Positions 9,697 through 21,500 of a stretch of 64,000 bases of DNA are shown one piece after another. The number at the start of each line of letters is the position of its first letter. Positions within the stretch are counted from its first letter, which is position 1. Below the pieces are notes generated by a model, which did not search any database, had not been told where the DNA came from, and worked only from the letters and a program-made list of their open reading frames with translations. Where the stretch lies: NCBI GenBank assembly GCA_022729235.1, contig JALDAJ010000001.1, forward strand, positions 96,001 through 160,000, read 5' to 3'. Source of the stretch: Candidatus Nanohalarchaeota archaeon. Its GTDB lineage: Archaea; Nanohalarchaeota; Nanosalinia; Nanosalinales; Nanosalinaceae. Made by a program: the position numbers and the translations under genes.

Positions 9697-10662
9697 ATGC
9701 CTAAGACAGCGCTCATAACAGGGATCACTGGTCAGGACGGTTCTTACCTCGCCGAACTTCTGCTTGAGAAGAACTACGAAGTTTACGGGATGCTCAGAAG
9801 AACTTCCTCTCCTACTGATTGGAGGATAAAACACATCTCGGATGAGATAAACTTCGTGAACGGGAACCTCCGAGACCAGTACAGCCTTATCAGAACGCTG
9901 AAGGAGTCTGAACCAGACGAGATATACAATTTAGCGGCGCAGAGTGACGTGAGCGTTTCATGGGACATACCTCTGCAGACAGCGCAAATTACAGGAATGG
10001 GAACACTTAGAATTCTGGAGGCTTACAGAGAATTCGCTCCGGGTGCGAAGTTCTATCAGGCTTCCTCGAGCGAGATGTTCGGCAATATTGGCGAGGAGAC
10101 TAGAAACGAGAATACGAAGTTCAGACCACGGAGCCCTTACGCCTTCTCAAAGGTATTCGCTCACAACGCCGCGGTGAATTACCGTGAAAGCTTCGAACTG
10201 GATATCTCATGCGGTATTATGTTTAACCATGAATCGCCGAGGCGAGGAAAGGACTTTGTTACCCGAAAAGTGACTGACGCAGTTGCCCAGATACATCTCG
10301 GAAAGAAAGAGAAACTGACGCTCGGGAACATGGAGCCGGAGCGGGACTGGGGCTACGCACCGGACTACGTCAAGTCCATGTGGAGGATGCTCCAGCAGGA
10401 AAAAATGGATGACTACGTGATCTCAACCGGGGAAACTCACTCTGTCAGGGAGTTGGTCGAAACCGCTTTCTCTGTAGTAGGTATCGATAACTGGAAAGAG
10501 TATGTGGAGCAGGACCCGAAATACATGAGACCTGCCGATATCCAGAAACTGAAGGGAGACTACTCGAAGGCAAAAGAAGAACTAGACTGGGAGCCAGAGA
10601 CAGAATTCGAGGAGATGATAGAAGAGATGGTCAAAAAAGATATAGATCGACATAAAAGCTGA
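9697..10662 (+). CDS. gmd: GDP-mannose 4,6-dehydratase
   Basis: ALITGITGQDGSYLAE, YNLAAQS, FYQASSSEMFG, PRSPYAFSK, FNHESPRRG, FVTRK, RDWG. Confidence 0.97.
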   Translation: MPKTALITGITGQDGSYLAELLLEKNYEVYGMLRRTSSPTDWRIKHISDEINFVNGNLRDQYSLIRTLKESEPDEIYNLAAQSDVSVSWDIPLQTAQITGMGTLRILEAYREFAPGAKFYQASSSEMFGNIGEETRNENTKFRPRSPYAFSKVFAHNAAVNYRESFELDISCGIMFNHESPRRGKDFVTRKVTDAVAQIHLGKKEKLTLGNMEPERDWGYAPDYVKSMWRMLQQEKMDDYVISTGETHSVRELVETAFSVVGIDNWKEYVEQDPKYMRPADIQKLKGDYSKAKEELDWEPETEFEEMIEEMVKKDIDRHKS

Positions 10663-10733
10663 ATTTAGAAAGATTCTTTCCTCAATATTTTAACAGACCC
10701 TATTGTTTTTACTGTAGAGACCAATCCATCTAC

Positions 10734-12113
10734 ATGGAAGCCAACCGCAAATCTCTATACCTAGCTATCTTTCTCCTCGCAATTCTTTCTGGCGTCTTAG
10801 CTTCCGGTCTAGACCTTCATTCTGCAACATTGGAAAAAGGTGAAAATCTAGTTGAGAGATCTATTTTTTCAGTCTCGAGCCAAGAGGCAGAGACACCGGT
10901 TTTCCTAGTAACTATTGAGACACTGAGAGCTGACCATTTAGGACCGTGCTACGGCTATGAACGGGAAACCGCACCGAACATGTGCGAATTCGCGGAAGAC
11001 AGTATCAAGTTCAAAAACGCATACGCACCCGCATCCAATACGCACTCCACTATTCCCGCAATGTTTACCTCTACCCCTCCGAATGCGTTCGGAATAAATT
11101 TTGATGAAACTGTTGATCAGAAAGCCCCGGTGATGACCGAAACACTCAGGGAAGAAGGATACTATACTTCAGCGTATTCAGACACCCCAGAACTAAATGA
11201 AGAACACGGATTTCTACAAGGGTTTCAAGAGGTTCAAGAGACCAGTTACGCAGAAGACAAGAGCATGATCTTTAGACTTAGAGATATAGAAGAGAATCAT
11301 TTCTCTTTCATATTTTTCAGACACCAAGCGCACGCGCCATACGAACCTGAACCGGATTACGTGAAATGGGGAGACCCTCCCGAACAAGGAGTAGAGATAG
11401 ATCCCTTTGAAGACACCATCGAAACCCCGAACGCCACTCTTCAAGACGCTATCGATGCTTATGACGCCGAGATACGTCAAGCCGATTCACGCGTGGGGAA
11501 AGTGCTGACACATCTGAAAGAAGAGTCGCTATATGAAGAGTCACTGATAATCATCACTTCAGACCATGGAGAGGGGTTCATGGAGCGCGGTGAACTGAGT
11601 CACTCCACAACCCCCTACGAGGAACAAATCCGTGTTCCTCTGTTTGTAAAACCTCCTAACAACAAACATAGTGGAAAAGTAGTTGAAGACCCTGTAAGCC
11701 TCATAGATATCCCTCCAACTATCTATGGGATAACAGATACGGAACCCGAATCAGAGCAATACGGTGAATCTCTTCTTCCCGTAGAGAGGAAGTCTGAAGG
11801 TTTGGTTTACGCCACAGACCCTACCCACAGTGAATGGTCTATACGCAATAACTCGATGAAATACATGCTCCTGAATACAGGGAGGTACTGCACCCAGGAA
11901 AACGTCAACCCCCGGGAACGAATGTACGATTTGAAATACGACCCAAGCGAGACAGAGAACATGATTTACGAACATCCGGAGAAAGCCGGGAAGTTAAGAG
12001 AGGGTCTATGCAAGATATATCTGGATGGTAGAGACCTAGCGGCTCAGCCTGACGAAGCAGAACTGACGAACGAAATGGAAGAAAAACTACGTGAGCTAGG
12101 ATATATCGAATAA
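10734..12113 (+). CDS. Exported alkaline-phosphatase/sulfatase-fold protein with Thr at the nucleophile position
   Basis: TLRADHL, HAPY, YDAEI, TSDHGE, RVPL, LRELGY; the CxPxR motif is absent (ASNTHSTIP). Confidence 0.85.
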   Translation: MEANRKSLYLAIFLLAILSGVLASGLDLHSATLEKGENLVERSIFSVSSQEAETPVFLVTIETLRADHLGPCYGYERETAPNMCEFAEDSIKFKNAYAPASNTHSTIPAMFTSTPPNAFGINFDETVDQKAPVMTETLREEGYYTSAYSDTPELNEEHGFLQGFQEVQETSYAEDKSMIFRLRDIEENHFSFIFFRHQAHAPYEPEPDYVKWGDPPEQGVEIDPFEDTIETPNATLQDAIDAYDAEIRQADSRVGKVLTHLKEESLYEESLIIITSDHGEGFMERGELSHSTTPYEEQIRVPLFVKPPNNKHSGKVVEDPVSLIDIPPTIYGITDTEPESEQYGESLLPVERKSEGLVYATDPTHSEWSIRNNSMKYMLLNTGRYCTQENVNPRERMYDLKYDPSETENMIYEHPEKAGKLREGLCKIYLDGRDLAAQPDEAELTNEMEEKLRELGYIE

Positions 12114-12259
12114 TCTGTTACATAAACAAGAAGTAACGGAGAACGATATTTACCCTGTGATACACTATTCCCCTCCTTTCTGATAGTAACATCTAGGACA
12201 TCTCAAGTCCGTATTCGAACCCTGTAAAATAAAAAAATAAGAATTAAACACAAGCAAGC

Positions 12260-13621
12260 ATGGAGAAGCTGTTTTTATTCGCTGTTCTAGTATTGTCTAT
12301 CGCTACAGGGCTTACAATTGGTAATTCCTCCTCTGTCAATGATTTAATCTCTACAACTTTGGAAGAGATCAACAAAATGGATAAGGCGCCTATTATAGAC
12401 TGTCAGGGACAATATTTTACCTGCAATGAAGGAGCAATCGAAGAGCGTCCAGAATCCTGTAATCCATGGAGTCATTGGGAACCCGAAAGCAAACTGGAAT
12501 GTAATTATACATCAGAAAGTATTGAATCAATTTCGCTAGTTACAGACCCTGGGAACTATGTTAATATTCCTAAAAAAGATGATTCCTATAGAGTTAACAA
12601 ACCGATATCAGATACAGGAAGATCTCCGTGGGATATAGAATTTCTTCCCTCCGGTAAACCTATTTGGACTACGATTAGCGGAGAGCTGAGAAAATATCAG
12701 AACAATACCAAGGTAGCAGAACTGGAGGTAGTCCAAGTGACCAATACAGGTCTCCTAGGTCTAGCTATCGATCCTGACTATAGTGAAAACAATCTTGTTT
12801 ACATGTATTATACCTTTGAAGAGACCGCTAAAACAAATGACACGGAAGAACCTGTTTACTTGAATAGGATTTCAAGGTTCAAGTATGACGAAGGTCTAGA
12901 GAATGAAAAGGTTTTAGTGGATGAGATACCAGGAGGTAAACACCATTCCGGTGGGCGTCTGGACTTTGGTCCGGACGGAAAACTTTATGCGACCACAGGA
13001 GACGCAAATATACCTCATAAAGCCCAAAATCGCTCCTCCTTGGCTGGCAAAGTTCTGAGAATAAATACTAATGGAACTGTTCCTGATGATAACCCGTTTG
13101 AAGACAGTTATATATACTCACATGGACACCGGAATCCGCAAGGTCTAGACTGGCATCCTGATACAGAAGAGATGTTCATATCAGAACACGGAGAATACAA
13201 ACACGATGAAATTAACCGTATAAAACCTGGCGAGAACTATGGTTGGCCTGGTTATGAATGTGACAAAGAAAGAGAACCTCTAGAGCACCTGATCAGTAAA
13301 TATAGAGAATTATCGGAAAATTTTCAGGGTAATACTCTTCCCGTATACTGCTTCAAGGACTGGACTATAGCTCCTTCAGGAGCCACTTTTGTTGATGATT
13401 CCGATCATCCCTGGCATGGCGACATGTTCGTCGCGGGTCTAAGGGGCAAACAGATTTTCCGGCTTCAGTTCGATGATGGCGAACCCTCTACAGCAGAAGT
13501 TTTCTACGTTTCGAAAGACGAGCCTGAGATCAGTCTGAGACTCAGAGAAGTAGAATATCATGACGGCGCCTTATACGCGATCGGAGACCTTAAAGGATCA
13601 GTCAAGATTAAACCGGAGTAG
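12260..13621 (+). CDS. Secreted PQQ-dependent glucose/sorbosone dehydrogenase family protein
   Basis: PWDIEFLP, GLLGLAIDP, HHSGGRLDFGPDGKLY, GKVLRIN, GHRNPQG, SEHG, DEIN, NYGWP, APSG. Confidence 0.9.
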   Translation: MEKLFLFAVLVLSIATGLTIGNSSSVNDLISTTLEEINKMDKAPIIDCQGQYFTCNEGAIEERPESCNPWSHWEPESKLECNYTSESIESISLVTDPGNYVNIPKKDDSYRVNKPISDTGRSPWDIEFLPSGKPIWTTISGELRKYQNNTKVAELEVVQVTNTGLLGLAIDPDYSENNLVYMYYTFEETAKTNDTEEPVYLNRISRFKYDEGLENEKVLVDEIPGGKHHSGGRLDFGPDGKLYATTGDANIPHKAQNRSSLAGKVLRINTNGTVPDDNPFEDSYIYSHGHRNPQGLDWHPDTEEMFISEHGEYKHDEINRIKPGENYGWPGYECDKEREPLEHLISKYRELSENFQGNTLPVYCFKDWTIAPSGATFVDDSDHPWHGDMFVAGLRGKQIFRLQFDDGEPSTAEVFYVSKDEPEISLRLREVEYHDGALYAIGDLKGSVKIKPE

Positions 13622-13686
13622 CGATCTCAACTTAACCAGAAAATCATGAAGATTTTGAAACTATTCTTCCAAAGAAAGCTTATCAG

Positions 13687-14832
13687 ATGAAATTAGCAAT
13701 AGTTTCCACGTTTCCGCCAGAAGATGAGAGACATCCTGTAGGCAGTTATGGCGCATCTAGTTATACGAAAAATCTTGTTGATAATCTTTCTCAGAAAGCG
13801 GATGATTTAGAAGTGTTCTCGAACTGTGAATCTTACAGCACAGAAAATTATGACGTTATAGAAGCCTGGAACAAGGGGGTTCTGTATCCGTTGACTGTCC
13901 TAATATCTCTTAGAAAAAAAGAAGAAGTTGATACAGTTCATATCCAGCATGAGATGTTCCTCTACGGCGGAATACTGTCTGCTCTAGTTTTCCCGATTCT
14001 ACCTTTCTTATTGAAAGCTCAGGGCAAAAAAGTTGTTATAACACTGCATACAGTTCCTCAGAACATCGATGCAGGCTTCTGTGAAATCCACAGTCTTCCA
14101 AAACTGACCTCTATATGGAAAATCGGAGCAAAACTATATTTCAGGGTTATTTCCTTTACCTGCCACAAGATGATTGTACACGAAGAAATATTCAGGAAAA
14201 CCCTTTCCCACAACTACAACCTGAAGGAAGAGAAAATCGAGGTCATATCTCATGGTGTCGAGGAAAAGGAAAACACTGACAAAACGGAGAAAGAGAAGAA
14301 CACGATACTTTTCTTCGGATTTGTAGCGCCCTACAAAGGTGTAGAGAAACTGATTGACATAGAGGATGAGCTAAATTTCAGACACGAGACAGTTATTGCA
14401 GGAGGGAAACATCCTAGAACAGAGAAAGACGATATCTACGATATATACTATCAGAAGATCAAGGAAAGAGCATCAGAGTTCCCGGACATAGAAACCACTG
14501 GCTGGGTAGAGGAGGACGATATGCCCTACTATTTCAGAAAGGCAGATGTTCTCGTCCTGCCGTATAAAGATGTCTTCTCCGCTTCAGGACCTCTTCATCT
14601 AGCTCTTGCATACAGGACACACATCCTCGCCTCCCGACACTTCGACTGCAGTCTACCTCAGGAGCTAGTTTTCAAAGACAACGCGGAACTAATAGAGAAA
14701 CTGAATCGATTATTCGATAATCAGAAATCAGAAGAAATATTTAATCAGTATCTGGAACCTATAAGAGAAAAGCGGTTATGGTCAAAAGTCTCAGAGGAAA
14801 CTTACCATCTCTATGAAGAGTTACACAGTTAG
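13687..14832 (+). CDS. GT4 glycosyltransferase
   Basis: HIQHE, VITLHT, LFFGFVAPYKG, DVLVLPY...SASGPL. Confidence 0.88.
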   Translation: MKLAIVSTFPPEDERHPVGSYGASSYTKNLVDNLSQKADDLEVFSNCESYSTENYDVIEAWNKGVLYPLTVLISLRKKEEVDTVHIQHEMFLYGGILSALVFPILPFLLKAQGKKVVITLHTVPQNIDAGFCEIHSLPKLTSIWKIGAKLYFRVISFTCHKMIVHEEIFRKTLSHNYNLKEEKIEVISHGVEEKENTDKTEKEKNTILFFGFVAPYKGVEKLIDIEDELNFRHETVIAGGKHPRTEKDDIYDIYYQKIKERASEFPDIETTGWVEEDDMPYYFRKADVLVLPYKDVFSASGPLHLALAYRTHILASRHFDCSLPQELVFKDNAELIEKLNRLFDNQKSEEIFNQYLEPIREKRLWSKVSEETYHLYEELHS

Positions 14833-14874
14833 ACTGCGAAGAGAATTTAACTTCGTCCTTCATAATCGACTTAC

Positions 14875-17800
14875 GTGAATAAAGAGATTTGGAGAGGAAA
14901 TAGAAAGTATAAGATTGCTGGTCTGGGCATATTTTTAGCCTATGTTCTGCTTCATATAGTCTTCCAGCGCCACGAACTACTCGCTTATGACGTTTACACT
15001 TACATCTCATTTGCCGACCACTATTCGGAAAACTGGTTCTATACAATAATTCCTGAACAGGCTCACGGTCTGGAGATTGTGAGTTATCCGCCTCTGTTCT
15101 TCCAGGTATCCGCGCTACTATCCTTTCTACCTTTCATCAATGAAACTCTACTTTCTATCCTAGTAGCTAGCGCTGGCGCTACAGCGTTCTCCTTCGCATT
15201 TTTCTACCTATTCAAAACAATTTCAGGGATAGAGACAGACCATGACCTACTTATCATTCTCTTCATCGCGTTCTCACCTGGTTTACTGAGATTTATCCTC
15301 GTGCACGGACAGCTTACCCTGATATTCGGGACCACCTTTGGACTTCTAAGCACAACCTACTTCTACAAAATAATAAATGGCGAGGATTACGGAGTCTACC
15401 TGATAATAACGCTTATCATTACCGCCTTTATCCACCATTTCAGCTTCCTTATAACAGCCCTCATGTTTGCAATTATCTCTTTAGTTCAATTCCGAAAAGT
15501 CGTTTCGAGAATAGATTATCTTGTTCCCGTGTTTTCAGTATCTGGACTCATCGTTCTCCTTGGTATGTTCCCGATGGTTTATGAGATGCTTTTCGGAGTC
15601 ATCCAGGACGAAATCTACCACGGCTCAAGATATCCTCTCGAACATCACCTTGCATTTAATTCGTACATTACTAGTCTCTACGGAGCAAGTATCCTCGGAA
15701 TAGTGTTCGTCTTCAGGGACAAGATAAACCACATAGAACGACCGAACTCACTTACAATCAACCTGTTGACACTGATATTCTTGATACTGGGTCTGGGGCT
15801 AACCACGCCTCTACCCGAAGTACTGTTCGGAGATACCGCAACTAAGCTTGTCTATGATCGTTTCTCTCTTCTAGCATCACTGTTCCTGACCTCTCTCGTA
15901 GGCGTTTACGCAGCAACCTATCAAGGCTCGCTTTCCCGAAAAATACCGCTCAAAACAGTCCTTCTCACAGTTTTTGTGGTTCTCTCGCTTGGAGCAGCTT
16001 TCTGGACAAACAGCCTTCATCATGGCTCATACGTAGGTTACGGACATGAAAATCTAGGCTCTTACAATCAAACTCAGGCGCAAACGGCTTTGGACTTTCT
16101 TAACGAGGAGGCTTCAGAAGACTATCTCTACATGACCCACGGTCACGGTCTTCCGATCGGCGAAATCGAAAGGAACACTGAAATACCTACTCTAGATACA
16201 GGTTATTTCACAGGCAGAAAGATAGAGTTCGCCAGCTCTTATGACAAATTAGATAGGACAACTAGGTCAGAACTGGAAAACATAATACATCACGCCTCCA
16301 ACGTATCACTTAAATACGTACTTACGTTCGATGACCAGTCAGCATCCTGGATGAACGACACCGGATGGGATGAAGAAGAACTGGGAAATGATGTGAAAGT
16401 ATGGACTAATCCAGATCCTGGTTCAGAATATGAGCGAGACCTCGGTGAAAGACGTATTCTATTCGGAATTATACCTCCGATATTCCTAGTGATATCATTC
16501 GCATTTGTCTTATCAGAACGCCTCAGATCAAGAGCAGAAAAGGGAATAAAAACATCTCAACAGTTCTTAAACAGTTTTCTGAACTTATCAAGAGACTCTC
16601 TTAGTGGCTACAGCGCTTACGGCATAATACTTTTGCTACCGTTTTTAGCTGCCGCTCCTGCATTTCTAACATCAGGACTTCCTGCAGGAGTAGACTCGCC
16701 CTTACCATTATTCCGGGCTGAGCTCATGACCTCTTTAATAGAAGAGTACGGTCAGATATACTACTGGACTGATTTATGGTACAATGGATCTCCTCTCTTG
16801 GCGGTTTACTCACCTCTAGGAACCTATCTCCTGTATTATACCAACGTTCTTTTCCAAGATATCACCCTGTCATACAACACCCTCCGTCTTTTAACGCTGG
16901 TTCTGACAGCATCAGCAGTTTACACCATTTCAAGGGAGATTTCTGAAGATAAGAGAGTAAGACTATTTTCCGTTGTCCTAGTCACATTTTCCTATCCGCT
17001 ATACAGCAACTTGTTCACTGTTGGACGTTTCAGCTCGGCCTTAGCAGTTCCAGTATATCTTTTCCTGATCACACTCCTAGTTAGAGACGATTTATTTCAG
17101 CAAAGTATTTCTTCTACACATGTCCTTCTCGGATTAGGATCCGGAATTCTGTTTCTAATGCATACCATGATGGCGTATCTCTTCCTGTTCACAGGCACTA
17201 TATTCTTTTTAGTATACAGAGACAACCTGAGAGAACTCGGACTGGCTCCAATAGCAGCAATACTTTTCATACCTCTGCTTTTGGGAGCACCATATTTGAC
17301 CCGTTTTATCCAGCATATGAACGTACTAGGACCTGCCTGGAACGTTGCGCCTCTGGACTTCAGCCTAGTATCACATATAGACCGTAATTTTGCCGTCCAG
17401 CCCCCTCCATTACACATGGGATGGATCCATGCAGTACTTCTAGCGGTCGGAGTCATGAGCTATAGGCGTATGAAAAACAAGTTTCTGCAATTTTCCTTAC
17501 TGAATCTCTTACTCTTCTATATACTGTTCTGGTCCCGGAACTACGGTCTCAAAATAATACCCTTCATGAACCAATTTGACCTAGCGCGATTCGAGATTCT
17601 CTTCGCAACCTTCGGGGTTTTTATAGCAGTATATGGTCTAGATCACCTTCTAGAAAATAAGCTTTTAGGAATAGACCATTCAAAAATAACCTTATTCTTG
17701 ATTATTCTATCAGGACTGGTGATTCTGGATACAAGTCCGATGCTTACCCAGTCAGCCAACTGGAGCCCTGAATTCGAAGAGGAACTCAGCGAGTTGCCTC

Positions 17801-18585
17801 TAGATGATAACTACCGAGGTATGGGTATAGGTATGCGACACTGGGATGCCTACCTCCTTTGGGATGCTGGAGTTCCGAATGTATTCGGATGGTTCCCTCA
17901 AGCTAACCCTAACGAGGAATTCACAGAATTACTGCAAAAAACAGGAGGAAGGTGGTACGCAACAGATCTTTCAGAAAGAGAAGATGATCCAGAACTCCGT
18001 AAAAATCTAATGCACATCTCTAATACAAGATACATTATCTCACCTAAAGGACAATGGCTACCTTCTCACTACGAAACACAAACTATAGGACTGGAATCTA
18101 CTATACACCCTAGTGATAGACAGCTCAGAAATGAAACATTCCTAGACGAAGAGTTCAAACGAATACACTCATCAGAACACCTTGACGTGTATGAGCTTGA
18201 GCGGGAAATGTCTTACTGCGAGAGGATAGAGCCTGTCTGGATAGAGAACAACTATGCGGATACGGCGAAGGATTTCTTCAGAGAGGGTCAGCCTCTTCCC
18301 AAATTCCCTGTCGAGGGTACTCCTGCAGAAAAACCTGAAGGAGGCGATATCGAAGTCAGGTGTGATAAGAAAGATCCTTACACTATCTCTCTAGATGTTG
18401 ATGGTTCAGGATGGGTTCTGGTGAAGGAGTCATACTATCCGTTCTGGGAGCGGGTTGACGGCGGCGAGATCCACAACGGATTCGGGTTCATGGTTGTTTA
18501 CGTGGAAGAAGGCACGGAGCTTAAATATCAGCCTCGAGATTTATCCACATTCTCAATTGACGACCTGATAACATTTATTTCGTGA
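14875..18585 (+). CDS. Large polytopic GT-C-like membrane protein with two tandem units
   Basis: Two multi-TM units (YDVYTY..YPPLF..DRF and GVDSP..WYNGSPLLAVYSPL..RFE), each followed by an extracellular segment; C-terminal VLVKESYYPFW. Confidence 0.7.
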   Translation: MNKEIWRGNRKYKIAGLGIFLAYVLLHIVFQRHELLAYDVYTYISFADHYSENWFYTIIPEQAHGLEIVSYPPLFFQVSALLSFLPFINETLLSILVASAGATAFSFAFFYLFKTISGIETDHDLLIILFIAFSPGLLRFILVHGQLTLIFGTTFGLLSTTYFYKIINGEDYGVYLIITLIITAFIHHFSFLITALMFAIISLVQFRKVVSRIDYLVPVFSVSGLIVLLGMFPMVYEMLFGVIQDEIYHGSRYPLEHHLAFNSYITSLYGASILGIVFVFRDKINHIERPNSLTINLLTLIFLILGLGLTTPLPEVLFGDTATKLVYDRFSLLASLFLTSLVGVYAATYQGSLSRKIPLKTVLLTVFVVLSLGAAFWTNSLHHGSYVGYGHENLGSYNQTQAQTALDFLNEEASEDYLYMTHGHGLPIGEIERNTEIPTLDTGYFTGRKIEFASSYDKLDRTTRSELENIIHHASNVSLKYVLTFDDQSASWMNDTGWDEEELGNDVKVWTNPDPGSEYERDLGERRILFGIIPPIFLVISFAFVLSERLRSRAEKGIKTSQQFLNSFLNLSRDSLSGYSAYGIILLLPFLAAAPAFLTSGLPAGVDSPLPLFRAELMTSLIEEYGQIYYWTDLWYNGSPLLAVYSPLGTYLLYYTNVLFQDITLSYNTLRLLTLVLTASAVYTISREISEDKRVRLFSVVLVTFSYPLYSNLFTVGRFSSALAVPVYLFLITLLVRDDLFQQSISSTHVLLGLGSGILFLMHTMMAYLFLFTGTIFFLVYRDNLRELGLAPIAAILFIPLLLGAPYLTRFIQHMNVLGPAWNVAPLDFSLVSHIDRNFAVQPPPLHMGWIHAVLLAVGVMSYRRMKNKFLQFSLLNLLLFYILFWSRNYGLKIIPFMNQFDLARFEILFATFGVFIAVYGLDHLLENKLLGIDHSKITLFLIILSGLVILDTSPMLTQSANWSPEFEEELSELPLDDNYRGMGIGMRHWDAYLLWDAGVPNVFGWFPQANPNEEFTELLQKTGGRWYATDLSEREDDPELRKNLMHISNTRYIISPKGQWLPSHYETQTIGLESTIHPSDRQLRNETFLDEEFKRIHSSEHLDVYELEREMSYCERIEPVWIENNYADTAKDFFREGQPLPKFPVEGTPAEKPEGGDIEVRCDKKDPYTISLDVDGSGWVLVKESYYPFWERVDGGEIHNGFGFMVVYVEEGTELKYQPRDLSTFSIDDLITFIS

Positions 18586-21500
18586 AAGGACTCTTATGAG
18601 TCTCAAGGTCGAGAAACGTACGGTCATCGAATTCTAACGAGTTAATCATAAAGCTGAGGCACCGATTATCTTCGGATTCTGCCTCCTCCCTGACGGGCGC
18701 CTTGCATCCCTTTACACTCTCAAGTTCCAGAATGTTTACTCCTTCTTCCAAATGACTTCCGACACCGAAACTTCTGGTAAATCGCTCATCTGATTCAACT
18801 TTTTCCAGTATCTCCCCATTCAAAGACAGCTTCAGAACAGGATTATCAAGTTTGCTGTATGGTGTCGCCTGTAGAAACATTGAAGTATCCTCATTTCCAG
18901 ATAAGACCACTTTTGTCTCATTCGCCATCCATCTTCCGTCTTCCTCTTTTTCATACCAGCCCCCCAGGTACTTCTTCTCTTCTAAGCTTTCCACCAGTTC
19001 GTGTTCAACTTTGAAGCTCAGGCATCGTTCATCCGTCGAGTCTTCCTCATATTCTGCCGGAGTTATACATCCCTCCCTGCTCCTAAAGCGGACATAGTTG
19101 ATATCTCTGCCTGTCACAGGGACGAGGTGATGGTTATCTTCTCTTTCAGGAGTTATCGTCTCATGTTCTTCGCCGTTGACGTAGATTGTAAGCTCCGAGT
19201 CCTCGACGCCATGATAAGGTCTAGCCGTTACATTGAGGAGAGCTGAACGAGAACCGAGCATGACTTCTGATTCGTCTTCCATCCATCTGCCATCACTTTC
19301 TTTCCCGTGCCATCCCTTACCTAGAGTTTTCTCCGGCAGTTCATCCTTTGAGAATGTTGAGAAGCTTTCCAGAAGATAGCTGAGACAGCGCTCATCATCG
19401 GAGTCCTCTTTTTCTGCAGGTACGACACATCGATCAGCCTCAAGCTGTAACTCGTTCCATCCGCTATCCGGGACACTAGCATAAATCAAGGAGTCGGATG
19501 GCTCAAAGGTTTCCGCCCTTTCTCCGTTTAGGCTGACTTCAATATCGCTGTCTTCAAGATAGCCTGCTTCAGTCATGTTAAGCCGGACAAACTGGTCGCT
19601 ACCGTCCGAGTAGAACGCCAGTCCTGCCTCCTCCCGCATCCAGCCACCTTCTTCAGAAAGTGTACCCGAGTCATGCCATCCCTGAAGAAGAACAGGACCG
19701 TCTATCTCCTCTGGAGACCTCAGGGACATGTTTTCTATTCCGAAGGATAGACACCTTGTATCCGATGAGTTGCCGTGGAGCGCAGGTACCTGACAATCCC
19801 GGGATTCAAGCTTGATCTCATTTCTTCCCTCGCTCACAGATGGGAAGTAAAGCTCTTCGGAACCCCGGACCTCGTAAGTCCTTTGATTATTTCCGTTGAC
19901 AGCGACGTTCAATTCCAGTATTTCGTTCTGAGATACATCAAAGACCTCAATATGCGGTACCTCTCTCTCATCGGCGTAAAAGATAGTGGTCACGCTCCCG
20001 TTTACGCTGTCAAAGTACTCTCCGCTCGATCTGTATGTCTCCCCTGCAGCGTAAATGCTGGAAGTGCTTATCGAAGCAAGAATTAACAAGACTATTGCGC
20101 CTATACCTACAAACCGTAGTTTCTCAAGTTCCCTCCATAACAGACCTGTCAGGATAGCTACCGCCAGCATCACCGGCACGAGATTTGTCGAGAATAAAAG
20201 AGCTTCGTCACCTATAGCTCCCAGTTCAACGAACTCAGGTCCGTAAGGTGCTTCACGGGTGATGTCCATACCCTTGTAGCGACCAGTCAAGCTCATCATA
20301 ACTTCTGACTGAGGTCCGTACTCTTTGAACTCGCTCACAAGATGCGGGTAGAATTCGGGTTGAACAGCCGAAAAGCTGTGGAAGTTATCGCTATATTCAT
20401 CCTGATCCATGTCGATACTATGCCAGGCGTTAAATCCTAGCAGCATGCCGAATACAGAGAAAAGAAAAGTCAGTAGGACGAAAATCTGGATAGTACGTCC
20501 TTTCTCCATCATCTTTTCAAGCCCTAAAGCAACCGGCAGAATCAGGAAGGGAAGCCCGACTACGGTATAACGAGGTCCAAAGCTGACTCCTGCAAGCCAG
20601 TTCAGTTGAGATGCCTGGAAGAGCAGGAAAAGCAGGAATACTCCTGGGAACAGGATAAGAAGCTTTTTGTTCCTCTTGTAAAGCTCGTAGGTTCCCGGGA
20701 TTGCGAGCAGCAGGATGGGTGCGTAGAAGAACAACCCTCTAGTAGGGAAAAAGAGAAGACGAAATGCTGCATTTAAAGCCCTCACAGGGTCCGCAATAAA
20801 GAAAGCATTAATTCTTGAGTCAAGACTATAACACTCCACGTAAACTGCACACTCGGCTTCTAAAGGTCCTAGAAACATATCCGCAGCGAGTAACGGAGGT
20901 TTTAGAGGATTACCTGTAGTAAACCAGTTATAAAGGAGCAAAGGGATAGACCCTATTAGAACGCCTCCGATGAACCTCTTAACATCTTTCTTCTCTCCAG
21001 AGGCAAATAAGTATAAGATGAAAGGAACCAGAAGTAGACTGGCGTAGTACTCAGTAGCAAATGCTAAGGCAGATAATATACCTGAAACGTACATTAACAA
21101 TGAAGCCCCCGTGTTTATCGACCTCTGAAGCACAATATACGCTAAAAAACCGAAAAACGCTGCAGTTATGACTCCGAAAAAGCTTGTCGAATATACCATC
21201 AGAGGCGTTGAAATACCAGCTAAAACCGCAGTGTAAAGAGCTGCTCTCACATCAACATAATCTTGCAGATATCGATAGACAAGCACCAGAAGCAAGGCTC
21301 CCGGAAGAACGGAGAGAGCGAATACCATAAGAAACTGTCTGAATACCGTCTGGAAAGAAAGTTCTACAGGGGAATCAGAAGACTCGCTCTCCATCCACCT
21401 ATCTGCACCTTCATCGAAAAAGCCTCCTAGGATGTAAGCCGGTACAGCTAGAAAAGAAGACATAGGCGCTTTATCCGTATAAATCACTGAGGCATTCTCA

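Noticed and set aside
12204-12224. tRNA-like 'ttcgaaccc' sequence in an intergenic gap
   Set aside because: Too short, with no acceptor or T-stem pairing.
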